Shown one piece after another: positions 20,807-29,438 of a DNA stretch of 64,000 nt (within the stretch, counting starts at the first letter, position 1; each line of letters opens with the position of its first letter). The DNA lies in contig CAZGJA010000042.1 of assembly GCA_964526695.1 (NCBI GenBank), forward strand, positions 21,145-85,144, read 5' to 3'. The notes beneath the pieces were generated by a model. The model made no database searches, was not told the origin of the DNA, and worked only from the letters and a program-made list of their open reading frames with translations. The DNA is from an uncultured Phycisphaeraceae bacterium. GTDB lineage: Bacteria > Planctomycetota > Phycisphaerae > UBA1845. Made by a program: the position numbers and the translations under genes.

Positions 20807-21518
20807 GGCGTTGCTCCGCGGGGAGCAGCTCCCCGATCTCCTGGACAAAGGCGTAGCGGAACTGCACCTCCTTGTGCAAGTCCTCCACGTAGCGCGCGAT
20901 CTGCTTGATCCGCGCTTCGCGGATGGTCACGATGGTGATGACGAAGCGGCCCTTGCGGATGATGCTGTGTTTCCAGCTTTCGCGATGAAGCCGCTCGCTG
21001 ATGAGCGTGCGCACCCGGTCCCGGATGCGTCGTAGCGGGCGCCGCGTATCGATCAACAGGTAGCCCAGCCGCCCGCGCTCACCGTCCTTGTCGAGATAAT
21101 ACTCCTCCGGGATTTGCCTGCCGATGACCAACTCGGGGAACTTCTCCCGGAACTGTCGAGGGCTGAGCTTCGGGTGAATCTGCTCGCCCAGGCAGCAGAA
21201 AGCGAGCATGCCGTACACCTGGGCCAGGCGAACCGGCGACCGAAACCCCTCGCTTCCCGCCTCAAGTTGGAACTCGGTCACGGCGGCATGGGTCGGGTAG
21301 TAGTAGTTCAGGCTGCCGTAAAGCGGGGCGTCGCCCAGGTAGCCCGCCTCCCGCATCCGCCGCACCCAACTCTTGGCGGCGTGGATGGTCTCGCCGGGCC
21401 AGTAGACGCGGCGGACGGCCTCATAGGTCGTCATGCGGAAGCAGCCGACGTGGTCGCGGAGTATCTCGGCGTCACGGTCGGTCAGGCGCACCTTGCGGGA
21501 TTTCGCTTCATCTACCAT
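20793..21518 (-). CDS. Replic_Relax-like protein 2 (degenerate nuclease motifs)
   Basis: RLTDRDAEIL winged-helix start, ..WVRRMREAGYL; lacks the HDL and PDA motifs of its neighbour. Confidence 0.6.
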   Translation of the reverse strand: MVDEAKSRKVRLTDRDAEILRDHVGCFRMTTYEAVRRVYWPGETIHAAKSWVRRMREAGYLGDAPLYGSLNYYYPTHAAVTEFQLEAGSEGFRSPVRLAQVYGMLAFCCLGEQIHPKLSPRQFREKFPELVIGRQIPEEYYLDKDGERGRLGYLLIDTRRPLRRIRDRVRTLISERLHRESWKHSIIRKGRFVITIVTIREARIKQIARYVEDLHKEVQFRYAFVQEIGELLPAEQRRAGA

Positions 21519-22153
21519 AGCTCGTAGCGCCTCCCGCGCCGGGCACAGTCCTCGTGGAAGGCCTGGACCGTCTCCTGCGAATACTTCCCGCCAAGTTCGA
21601 CCACCAGCTCAGGGCGGCCGTCACTGAATTCGAGGACGGCGTCCGGGTCCTTCAGCTTGTAACCGGCCTTGGGCCTCAGGTCCTCGCCAATCCAGGCGCC
21701 AGCGTCGTCAGGCCGTTCCCGCCGGAAAAAGAGATAGACCGCGGCCAGGTTCAAGTCGTGAGTCGCGTAAAGCGTATCGAGCCGCTTGGGGCGAACCGGC
21801 CCGCCGAATTCGTCCAGCGTTTGCCGGGTGGCGGTGAACACGCTGAGCCTCGTCGGCGGCCGGTCCACCTCCCAACGCTGGGCTAGGCTCCGGGCAATAG
21901 CAGCGCAATCCGGGTCGGGCTCGCCTGGCGACCAGATGTGAATCGGGGCGGTCAGCTCAAGCATCCGGGAAACGTAGACGTGCGTGGCGTGCAACCAGCC
22001 GGCGCCGGAAAGCTCGGTCAGGCGTCGCCGCGAGATCGCCTGGGCGTTGGAAGCCGTTGGCCACCAGGCACCAGCAAGCTGTTCAAGCGAGAACACTCGA
22101 ACCCGGCAGGCCAGGGCCTCCAGAATCTCGTTGTCGCGGTCGGTTCGCTGCAT
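21512..22153 (-). CDS. Replication-relaxation (Replic_Relax-like) protein 1
   Basis: RTDRDNEIL, RRRLTEL..AGWL, THDLNLAAVY, PDAVL...VVELGG PD-(D/E)xK-like core. Confidence 0.75.
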   Translation of the reverse strand: MQRTDRDNEILEALACRVRVFSLEQLAGAWWPTASNAQAISRRRLTELSGAGWLHATHVYVSRMLELTAPIHIWSPGEPDPDCAAIARSLAQRWEVDRPPTRLSVFTATRQTLDEFGGPVRPKRLDTLYATHDLNLAAVYLFFRRERPDDAGAWIGEDLRPKAGYKLKDPDAVLEFSDGRPELVVELGGKYSQETVQAFHEDCARRGRRYELW

Positions 22154-22708
22154 GGCTGAGCTTCGTCAAAACCGGCCTCAATTCTATCGCCGCCGGCGGC
22201 CCGAACCAATCGGGGCGCGCCGGTCCTCCGGGCGCGCAACCCTTGATGTTGGAGTTTATGCTGAACTCGATGCATCCCCTTGAATGGGCGTGAGTTATGT
22301 CCGAATGATGCTCCTGGCCGATGACCCAACAAGATGCCGAAGGGTGTGCCATGACCTGAGCCATGTGGGAACCGGCGTGGGGTGGTGCCCATGCTCGAAT
22401 CTCCCAAGTCACCGACTGGCGAAGCGGCCGCACCAGTGAACCTACACTCCGGCGCCGGAATTCGAGCATGGGCTGAAAAGACTCTTCCAGCTCGACTGGC
22501 GGCGGGACTGCGGCGGCGGGGTGTCGAGGCGTCAGCCGGGGCCGGGGCGGCGGGTGCGTCGGTCAGCAAAAACACGGGTGAGCGGAATCTCCCGCCGAAG
22601 GCGGGGGGCGGCCTGCGCGGGGCCGGTGGGGGAATTCCAGCGAACTCCGCTGCCGCGATTCGCGGGTAGCCGGGTCGGAAATTGGGCCCGGCTCCGGCTT
22701 TCGTTCCG

Positions 22709-23452
22709 TCAGGCAGCGGCTCGTCGCACTCCGGCGTTGCGGAACACGACGCAGTACTCGTGCCGGATGGGCACTTCCTCCATTTTGCCGTACGTTTTCC
22801 GGTCGGACCGGCAGTTGTGCTGCAGCTTGATGATGACCGAAGCCAGCTTGCCGAGTTGGGTCTCCAGGTTCAGCACGTCGCGGACCATCGGGTAGTACCG
22901 CCCGTGCTTGCGGATGTCGCCGACCAGAACGGCCAGCCTACCGCCGGGGGCCAACGCGGCCGCACAGCGGCAAAGGCAAACGCGGAGCCGTTCGACGAAT
23001 GCGTCGTAGTCCTCGCAACTGCTCAGGTCGGCGGGGTTGTCGCTGTAGCGCACGATGTTCCAGTACGGCGGGTGAATCCAAACCAGGTCGTACTCGCCCG
23101 GCAGGTCGTGGGCATGGAGGTTGAACCCGGCGTGCAGGTCGCTCCCCCAGTACTCAATCTGCGTGCCAGCCTTGCGGTTGAGCCACTCGACGACATGGCG
23201 GGTGGTTCCCGAGCCTTCCATGGGGTCGGCTACCCGCCTGGCTCCGTAGCGAACCACGAGGCCCACGAAGAGCCGGCCGTCGCAGTTACCCGGGAATTTC
23301 GGGTCGCCCCAGAGATTGCATCGCTGCGGAAAGGAAACGACGGAGCCCATGCTCTCGGCATGTTCCTTCACGCGGGTCTGTATCGGTGTTTGTTTCAGTG
23401 TCTCGGATGTCATTGTGTTGGATTGCTTGCCATTCATTGCTTCTGTTTCCAT
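22709..23452 (-). CDS. Orphan DNA amino-methyltransferase (N4C/N6A)
   Basis: DPMEGSGTT SAM-binding motif, HPPYW catalytic motif, VLVGDIRK, HEYCVVF; GAGG RBS at ATG 23452. Confidence 0.88.
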   Translation of the reverse strand: METEAMNGKQSNTMTSETLKQTPIQTRVKEHAESMGSVVSFPQRCNLWGDPKFPGNCDGRLFVGLVVRYGARRVADPMEGSGTTRHVVEWLNRKAGTQIEYWGSDLHAGFNLHAHDLPGEYDLVWIHPPYWNIVRYSDNPADLSSCEDYDAFVERLRVCLCRCAAALAPGGRLAVLVGDIRKHGRYYPMVRDVLNLETQLGKLASVIIKLQHNCRSDRKTYGKMEEVPIRHEYCVVFRNAGVRRAAA

Positions 23453-23511
23453 TTGCCTCATTTGGTTGTGAAGGCCGAGCGGCACAAACGCCGCTCGACC
23501 GGTGTTATTTG

Positions 23512-24165
23512 TCAGCGTTTGTTTTGATGGGAACACTTCGGCTTCTGCATTTGATACCGGAGAGAATCCTCGCCCAAGTCGATGAGGCGATGCAATCGCC
23601 ACCGGATTTCAATCTCATAGCTCAGACCCAGTTCCTGGTTGAGCTCCGCGCGCCCGTCAAAGACGAGGCTGTCGAAGTCTCGCCAGCCGCCGAACCAGAT
23701 TTCCTGGAACGCACTTTGGACTTGGGCAGCCACACACGGACAATGCCCTTGCGGTTGCTCTTTCTGGTTTTCGCTGGTGTCTGTGCTCATGGTTTCTCTC
23801 ACCTCCTTGACACCGGGCGGCTCGAACGCCTCTTGGATGGCTTGGTCAGTAATTCCAAGCATGCAGTCGAATTCGTCACGTTCATCGTCACCCTCCCACG
23901 CGTCGAGCACGTGTAGAGCAGTACCCATCTGGACGTAGGCGAAAAACACGGGATACCAGCTGAATCGGCCGCAGTAGAGCCGGACCCGGTTCTTGCGATT
24001 CCACCAAGAACGTCTCTCCGGCTGGTGCAGCCGAGGGAGTTGGTCGTGCAGCTCACCGATAGCGGCTATGCCATCGAGCGGACTGAAAAGGTCATCGAGA
24101 CGGTTCGTAACGCTATGGTCCATGATGACGATGAACTCGGAGGGGGATTGTTTGGTGTGTGTCAT
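23512..24165 (-). CDS. Hypothetical protein (possible internal start at 23790)
   Basis: AAGGAG RBS at ATG 24165; in-frame AGGAGGT-ATG at 23790. Confidence 0.6.
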   Translation of the reverse strand: MTHTKQSPSEFIVIMDHSVTNRLDDLFSPLDGIAAIGELHDQLPRLHQPERRSWWNRKNRVRLYCGRFSWYPVFFAYVQMGTALHVLDAWEGDDERDEFDCMLGITDQAIQEAFEPPGVKEVRETMSTDTSENQKEQPQGHCPCVAAQVQSAFQEIWFGGWRDFDSLVFDGRAELNQELGLSYEIEIRWRLHRLIDLGEDSLRYQMQKPKCSHQNKR

Positions 24166-24212
24166 GGTCTTCTCCTTTTGTTTGAACGCTGGCGGCTGCA
24201 CCGCCAGCACGT

Positions 24213-24638
24213 TCATTTGAAAAACTGTGCTAGTCGCGCTCGCCAGTGAGAGCGCCAGCGAATCGGCCTAACAAGGTCGGACCAGCCCAGCTCCTTTGCC
24301 ACCCGGTCCGCGATTTGGACCGTCGCGGCTTCGCCTAGGTGTTTCCAGATTTCGTCAATGCGTTCATCCGCGTAACGCATTTCTCTTGCTTCGTCTTCCG
24401 TTTGCTGCCTAGTGATGAGTTGAAACCGGCTGATGCTTAATCCGACGCGGTACCAGTATGTGGCGAGCTGGCCCATCTCATGACGGGTGCATACGAAAGC
24501 CGGGCACGGCTGGGCCTCAAGGCCGCTTGTTTTGTCAAACGGGTCATGTTTGCCACGTCGCTTCCAAGGGGGCAGCTGCAGCTTCTCGAACGCGTCGGCG
24601 CATATCATCGCCCATTGGGTTACTTCCTTTTTCCTCAT
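24213..24638 (-). CDS. Hypothetical protein
   Basis: GGAGAG RBS before MRKKEVTQW; co-directional with backbone genes. Confidence 0.6.
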   Translation of the reverse strand: MRKKEVTQWAMICADAFEKLQLPPWKRRGKHDPFDKTSGLEAQPCPAFVCTRHEMGQLATYWYRVGLSISRFQLITRQQTEDEAREMRYADERIDEIWKHLGEAATVQIADRVAKELGWSDLVRPIRWRSHWRARLAQFFK

Positions 24639-24750
24639 GTCAGTCTCTCCTCGATGTGAAGACCGTCGGACACAATCCCGCCCGGCGGTCGCGTTACCCG
24701 AGCGTCCGCGTTTGCCCGTACGCCCGAACCAAAGTGGGCCCCAGCCCACT

Positions 24751-24804
24751 TTGAAAGGCTGCTGTCAACTTCACGAACCCTCCCGGTTGACAGCAGCCTT
24801 TCAA
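24751..24804. repeat. Perfect 19-bp inverted repeat with adjacent 8-bp hairpin
   Basis: TTGAAAGGCTGCTGTCAAC (24751-69)/GTTGACAGCAGCCTTTCAA (24786-804); AAAGTGGG/CCCACTTT hairpin at 24731-52. Confidence 0.9.
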
Positions 24805-25085
24805 CAACAAGCGAGCGGCGGCGTTGCCGGCGGTGGCGTGGTGCCGGCAGGCAAAAGGCATGACAGGACGAAGGGGCGGGGCAAGCGGCGGGCGGGGAGA
24901 CCTGGCGGGCCTTTTGGGGCGGCGGGGGCCGGCGACGGTGCCGCTCTCCTCAGCCGGGGAGCGTGCGAGCATGCGAGCTCGCTGGTGGAGTGGCGCGGCG
25001 AATTCCGCACGACTTGCCTCGCTGTCGAAACCCGCACACCAATGGCGAGAAACGTCACCAGACTCGTCGAGTAGGTGCCTGAGTC

Positions 25086-25114
25086 TTGACAATGTAGGGC
25101 GTTTGCCCTATAGT
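25086..25114 (+). promoter_or_regulatory. sigma70-type promoter with operator palindrome in the spacer
   Basis: TTGACA-17 nt-TATAGT; spacer holds TAGGGC-GTTT-GCCCTA. Confidence 0.8.
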
Positions 25115-25163
25115 TGTAGTCACTGAGTCGATGAACGGCTCGCGATTACGGCAATGGAGGGAT

Positions 25164-25496
25164 ATGAAAAATGCACACGACACCGAGCGATATCAAGGCT
25201 GGGCCAATTACGAAACCTGGGCGGTGAGCCTCTGGCTGGATAATGAGGAAAGCACCTATCGGTATTGGCGAGACGAGGTGAAGCGTCATCGAAAGGCGGC
25301 AAGCACTTCGCCGCAGGTGCGGGGCGGGACCTGGACAGCTCAGGAAGCTGCTCGGTTCAACCTTGCGGACCAACTCAAGAAGGAAGTGACCGACGCGTCG
25401 CCGCTGCACCAACCAAGCTTGTACACGGATTTGTTGCTCGCTTCCCTCTCGGGGGTCGATTGGTTGGAGATTGTCGATAACTGGATGGCCGAATGA
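25164..25496 (+). CDS. Phage/ICE-type hypothetical protein (GWxNYETWAVxLWLDN family)
   Basis: GGAGG RBS; YQGWANYETWAVSLWLDNE and VDWLEI motifs. Confidence 0.75.
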   Translation: MKNAHDTERYQGWANYETWAVSLWLDNEESTYRYWRDEVKRHRKAASTSPQVRGGTWTAQEAARFNLADQLKKEVTDASPLHQPSLYTDLLLASLSGVDWLEIVDNWMAE

Positions 25497-25756
25497 CCAC
25501 AAAGCAAAACCGGGGCGGCGACGCCCCCCGCGTCCTTTCGCTGGCGAACCTCTTCCGAAGGGCGGCAGCCGACAGCGGGCTAAGCGTGTACCGCATCGCC
25601 AAGGAAACGGGGATTGACCAGTCCACCCTCAACAAGTTCCTGGTCGGCGCGCGGGATAATCTCCGCCTGGACGTGGCGGACCGTTTGTTTCGATTCTTTT
25701 TTCGTCCGCCGCGGCCGAAGTCGCGGGTGGAACTGCTTCGGAAAGAACGGGCGTGA
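25493..25756 (+). CDS. XRE/Cro-like HTH regulator
   Basis: GLSVYRIAKETGIDQSTLNKFLVG; ATGA overlap. Confidence 0.85.
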   Translation: MTTKQNRGGDAPRVLSLANLFRRAAADSGLSVYRIAKETGIDQSTLNKFLVGARDNLRLDVADRLFRFFFRPPRPKSRVELLRKERA

Positions 25757-25799
25757 ACATGCCCATGTATCTCGAAGGCGTTTGCGTGAGGTGGTGTGG

Positions 25800-26177
25800 T
25801 CAGTCGCCGCCGTCGGCTGGTGAAACGCCGTTGCGAGCCAGCCATTCCCGCAAGGCAGCCTCAACAATCGCCTGTTGCGTGTAGGGCTGGACGTAGTCGA
25901 GACCGCGCAGGGCAGCCGCTCGGCGTAGCATCCGCACCGCGTCGGTTGTCAGCCGGAGCGTGATGGATTGAAGCGGCCGCGGAGCCGGCCGTGAGGTCGA
26001 AGCTGGGAGGTGGCTTCTCAGCCGGTGCTTGGGTTCGGCTCGCGGAGTCGGCGACGCAACCGAAGGCTGCGGTGTGGAACTTCCCTCGGCAGCGGTTTCT
26101 GCCGGCTCAGGCGACTTCAAAAAGTTCCGTTGTTCGCTCGTCAGGGCGGTAAGCGTGCTGCGTCGTGTCGATTGCAT
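25800..26177 (-). CDS. ParA partner, ribbon-helix-helix-like (type Ib)
   Basis: Disordered N-terminus then SITLRLTTDAVRMLRRAA...QQAIVEAALREWL; directly after parA. Confidence 0.65.
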   Translation of the reverse strand: MQSTRRSTLTALTSEQRNFLKSPEPAETAAEGSSTPQPSVASPTPRAEPKHRLRSHLPASTSRPAPRPLQSITLRLTTDAVRMLRRAAALRGLDYVQPYTQQAIVEAALREWLARNGVSPADGGD

Positions 26178-26805
26178 GTTGGTGAATCTCCGTCAAAAGC
26201 GTCGTCATTTCGTTCGCGGCCGTCCTCGCCCCTCGGCCCATGCGCCAAACGACTGAGCGTTGGCCCGGTGCATCGGCGACGGCTTCCCTCATTTTCAAAG
26301 AGGCCCGGCAGACCGGCAACCCGAGTGCCGCTGCGGCGGCGCGGGACTCCCGTGTCAAATGAAACCGTGCATCTCGCAACCGCGTCAGTGCGATGATTCC
26401 ACTGGGTTGTGACTTCTTCCGGATGGCCTGGGCGCTGCGGAGCATTCGCACCGTAGCGGCGGTTGACTCCAGTTCTGGCAGGCTGACGCCACAGGGAATG
26501 ACGGCCAAGTGCGCCACCAGTAGCAACGCGCGCGTCGTCTCGGAGAGGTTGGCCGGCCCGTCGGCGACGATACACTCCGCCGTTCCGGTCAGCCGGTCAA
26601 CGGCCTCAATCAGATCGTCGGCCCGCTGCTCGACGATGATGTTCACTTCCGGCGCCGCAACGCGGAGCCAGTTCGAGGATGACCCCTGTCCGTCGGCATC
26701 GATCAGCGCGACGCCGTGCCCGGCCTCGTGAAGCCATGCCGCGAGGTGGACGGCCAGCGTGGTTTTTCCTACTCCGCCCTTTTGGTTGACGCACGCGATC
26801 AGCAT
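26107..26805 (-). CDS. parA: Plasmid-type ParA ATPase
   Basis: MLIACVNQKGGVGKTT, LIDADGQGS, IVADGPA, AVIPCG. Confidence 0.92.
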   Translation of the reverse strand: MLIACVNQKGGVGKTTLAVHLAAWLHEAGHGVALIDADGQGSSSNWLRVAAPEVNIIVEQRADDLIEAVDRLTGTAECIVADGPANLSETTRALLLVAHLAVIPCGVSLPELESTAATVRMLRSAQAIRKKSQPSGIIALTRLRDARFHLTRESRAAAAALGLPVCRASLKMREAVADAPGQRSVVWRMGRGARTAANEMTTLLTEIHQHAIDTTQHAYRPDERTTELFEVA

Positions 26806-27200
26806 GCGACCACCTTCGCACGATCGGCCGCTCGCCGGCAAGCGTGTTTTCACTCCCGCGCGCTGACGTGCAAGCATGTTGGCATGCCAGCAAGCCGGCG
26901 CCCAAGAATCCCCTTGCGCTATGCATCCAGTGTCGTATTCTGGGAATGGGAAAGAAGCGGATGGCGTGGAGCGCCGTCCAACGAATAACAGAGGAGGAAT
27001 CGCGGAAATGTAGCAGAACGCGCCCTGCCAGAGGGAACCAACGCTGACACGTCAAGCGTGCAGCGTGGCGGTTTTGGACCAGACACCCGAAGCCTACCAC
27101 GACTGACACCCATCTCGTCAATGGCAATCTTCTGCCACGGAACCGAAGCCTTGCCTTCGACCCGGGATCTGCGCACTCCCACTCACAAGAGGGACCGAGC

Positions 27201-28595
27201 ATGAACTCGATAAGACAATCGACCGCCCTGGCGACGGCGATGAGCCGGATGCCGGGCGGCTATCGTCGCATGGACGTGAATCATCTTTTGGCCGTCTGGC
27301 ACGCCTACCGCACGGAAAAGCGCATTCGTTTCGTGGACTTCCGCGTCTACCTGGCGCTGCACGAGATGGCCGAGCGGCGTCGAGCCGGACGCCGCAGCAA
27401 AGCGCGTCGACGGAAATCGACGCTTCCACCAAAGCGGAACCTGAGCGGAATCGTGTTGGAATGTGCCCGATTGCTGCGGGTGCGAGACTCCCGCGTCGCG
27501 TCCGGCGCCATACAGCGGCTGGCGCGTGCGGGGTTGATTTCGATTTCAGAGCATTCGATTCGACTCAAGGGGCAAGGACCCGCATCGCTAGAGCAAGACT
27601 CAAGGACCGGTTTGGCCGGTCGGAATGTGTCGCGCCGGACGATGGCAGTTCCGCGCCGAGTGCTTCGGCATCTGGCTGGCGGAGAGACCGTCAGTCGCAC
27701 CGCGACCATGCTGGGACACTTGCTACGCTGCGTATTCCATCATCGCGGTTCAGGCTGGAACTCGGTGGGGTCGTGCTCGATTCGGTTTGTGGCCGAACTG
27801 TTCGGCGTGGACGCCCGAAGCGTCAAACGCGCGCGTCGGAGGCTGGTGGACGAGGGTTGGCTGAAGCCGGAGTCGGCGGACCATTGGCACGTGCAGGCGC
27901 AGGGCGCTCGGGTGAAGGTCAACCTATCCTGGTTCCCCGGTCCGCAGGAACCACTTCTAGACGTCAACGCGGCCGGAATGTCACCCCGGCCACCCGGTTT
28001 CGCGTGCCCGTTGTCACCCCCAGGATCAAAACGCACGCTTCCCCTGGTACTTCAGAACCACACACCCGCGTTTCCGCGGGGTGTTGGTGTTTGGACCGAT
28101 GGGCCGGCTGAGGATCCACCGCGATTGGCGGATGTCCGTCTCTGCGACCTTGTGGAAGCGGATCGCCTGCAACTGCTCTGCCAGGAAGCGTGCGCGCGCG
28201 GCTGGATTCGGTCCAGCGAGCACGACACGTTGCGCGTGTTCTCCGCCGCTGCACACGCTCGAAGGGTCGGGCGCACCAACCCGTGTGGCTTGTTCGTAGT
28301 AGTCCTGCGGCGCGGGTTGTGGATGTACCTGAGCAACGATGACGATGACACCGGGCGGGCTCTGTTCCGATCGCTGAAAGACCCACGCCTGGTCGGTCCT
28401 GCGAATCGTCCGCGGGGTGCCGCACACTCGCGCGAACTCGGTCGCGAACCTGAGGAAATCCGCGGGGTAAACAACCTTGCGGCGTCCCTCGCGAGGGCAT
28501 TCACAATGCCGGGAAGCACTGCACGACGAACCGAAAGGGGAGCGCGACCTGTGTTCGCCGTAGCTCGGCTCCGTCGCGAATTGGCTTCGCGATGA
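27201..28595 (+). CDS. Putative replication initiator (two wHTH-like regions)
   Basis: DFRVYLALHEM; SIRFVAELFGVDARSVKRARRRLVDEGWL HTH; divergent from parA. The ORF is well supported; its function is inferred. Confidence 0.5.
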   Translation: MNSIRQSTALATAMSRMPGGYRRMDVNHLLAVWHAYRTEKRIRFVDFRVYLALHEMAERRRAGRRSKARRRKSTLPPKRNLSGIVLECARLLRVRDSRVASGAIQRLARAGLISISEHSIRLKGQGPASLEQDSRTGLAGRNVSRRTMAVPRRVLRHLAGGETVSRTATMLGHLLRCVFHHRGSGWNSVGSCSIRFVAELFGVDARSVKRARRRLVDEGWLKPESADHWHVQAQGARVKVNLSWFPGPQEPLLDVNAAGMSPRPPGFACPLSPPGSKRTLPLVLQNHTPAFPRGVGVWTDGPAEDPPRLADVRLCDLVEADRLQLLCQEACARGWIRSSEHDTLRVFSAAAHARRVGRTNPCGLFVVVLRRGLWMYLSNDDDDTGRALFRSLKDPRLVGPANRPRGAAHSRELGREPEEIRGVNNLAASLARAFTMPGSTARRTERGARPVFAVARLRRELASR

Positions 28596-28635
28596 AGCCG
28601 CGGCCGCGCTTGCGCTTCCGCATCGTTGATGGTAT

Positions 28636-28676
28636 AAAAAAAGGCCCCTTGGGGGGCTAATGAGACCTCCCAAGGG
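28636..28676 (-). terminator. Intrinsic terminator of unit 1
   Basis: Minus strand: CCCTTGGGAGG..CCCCCCAAGGGG-CC-T7. Confidence 0.8.
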
Positions 28677-28698
28677 AACCTGCGTTTGCGAGTTCGAG

Positions 28699-28881
28699 TT
28701 ACAGTCCACCTGTTCTGATTCGCTCTAAGAGCACCAGACCCACGGCGAACCCGATCCCGATCAGAAACGCGGAGAACCAAAACAGCACGAACACGTGTGT
28801 GATTCTCCAAATGATCAGGTTCAGCACTGACTTCACCACCGATTTCTCGTTCCTCTGCATACGCTTTCTGTCTCTTTTCAT
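28699..28881 (-). CDS. 60-aa single-TM glycine-zipper peptide A
   Basis: GAGAGG RBS; basic N-terminus, F39-G42-G44-G48-L51 helix; ungapped homologue of 29256-29438. Confidence 0.7.
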   Translation of the reverse strand: MKRDRKRMQRNEKSVVKSVLNLIIWRITHVFVLFWFSAFLIGIGFAVGLVLLERIRTGGL

Positions 28882-29043
28882 ACGTCCTCTCTCAAGGTTT
28901 TTTCAGTTAATAAGAAAACCAGAAAAACCGTTCATCAACCTTCGCAGATGAGCTGCGTGAGCAGCCCATCGGCCAAGTGGTAAACAGAGAGGTCAGACAT
29001 CGACGTCGTCAGAAGAGGCAAAGTCCCTTGCTGGTTGCGCAAA

Positions 29044-29122
29044 CGCGCCGGTCGAATGTTTGAGAGCCCGGACCGGTAAGGGGCTCATGCAAACCCACGA
29101 AGGGGTTGCGCCGTGACGCGAC
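29044..29122 (-). ncRNA. Structured leader element copy 1 (hairpin, H-type pseudoknot)
   Basis: Sense: GCAACCCC-UUCG-UGGGUUUGC then GAGCCC/GGGCUC crossed by CCGGUC/GACCGG; 73 of 75 nt identical to copy 2. Confidence 0.7.
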
Positions 29123-29202
29123 GGACGGCTCGTATTTGGCCTGGCCGCCGCGAAATCTCGCCGAGAAGCAACGCTGCAGGCTGCGATGCCTCGTGTTTCC
29201 GC

Positions 29203-29240
29203 AAAAGTGCCCTTGGGGGGCTAATGGGACCCCCCAAGGG
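29203..29240 (-). terminator. Intrinsic terminator of unit 2
   Basis: Minus strand: CCCTTGGGGGG-TCCCATTAG-CCCCCCAAGGG-CAC-T4; homologous to the unit 1 terminator. Confidence 0.7.
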
Positions 29241-29255
29241 AATTGCGTTGTCGGT

Positions 29256-29438
29256 CTACATGCAACCGTTCCAGATGGTTACTGCGAGCAGTATCCCTGT
29301 CGTAAGTCCAAGACCCGCTGTGAAGCCGGCAGCGAAAATCTTGAAGAAATTCCTGACGGCTTCCTCCACGGCGAATTGCACTTCGAGAGGCACCCGATCT
29401 GTAGTCAAACGCTTCATGTCATCCATTATGTTTCTCAT
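29256..29438 (-). CDS. 60-aa single-TM glycine-zipper peptide B
   Basis: GGAG RBS before ATG 29438 gives exactly 60 aa; M8,R10,V16,F31,F39,G42,G44,G48,L51,I55,G58 identical to peptide A. Confidence 0.7.
   Translation of the reverse strand: MRNIMDDMKRLTTDRVPLEVQFAVEEAVRNFFKIFAAGFTAGLGLTTGILLAVTIWNGCM

Noticed and set aside
29044-29122. HDV-like ribozyme or c-di-GMP-I riboswitch identity for the motif
   Set aside because: No P3/L3 fits between the P1 strands, the G1 wobble is not conserved in copy 2, and the GEMM GGGACGCAAAG core is absent.
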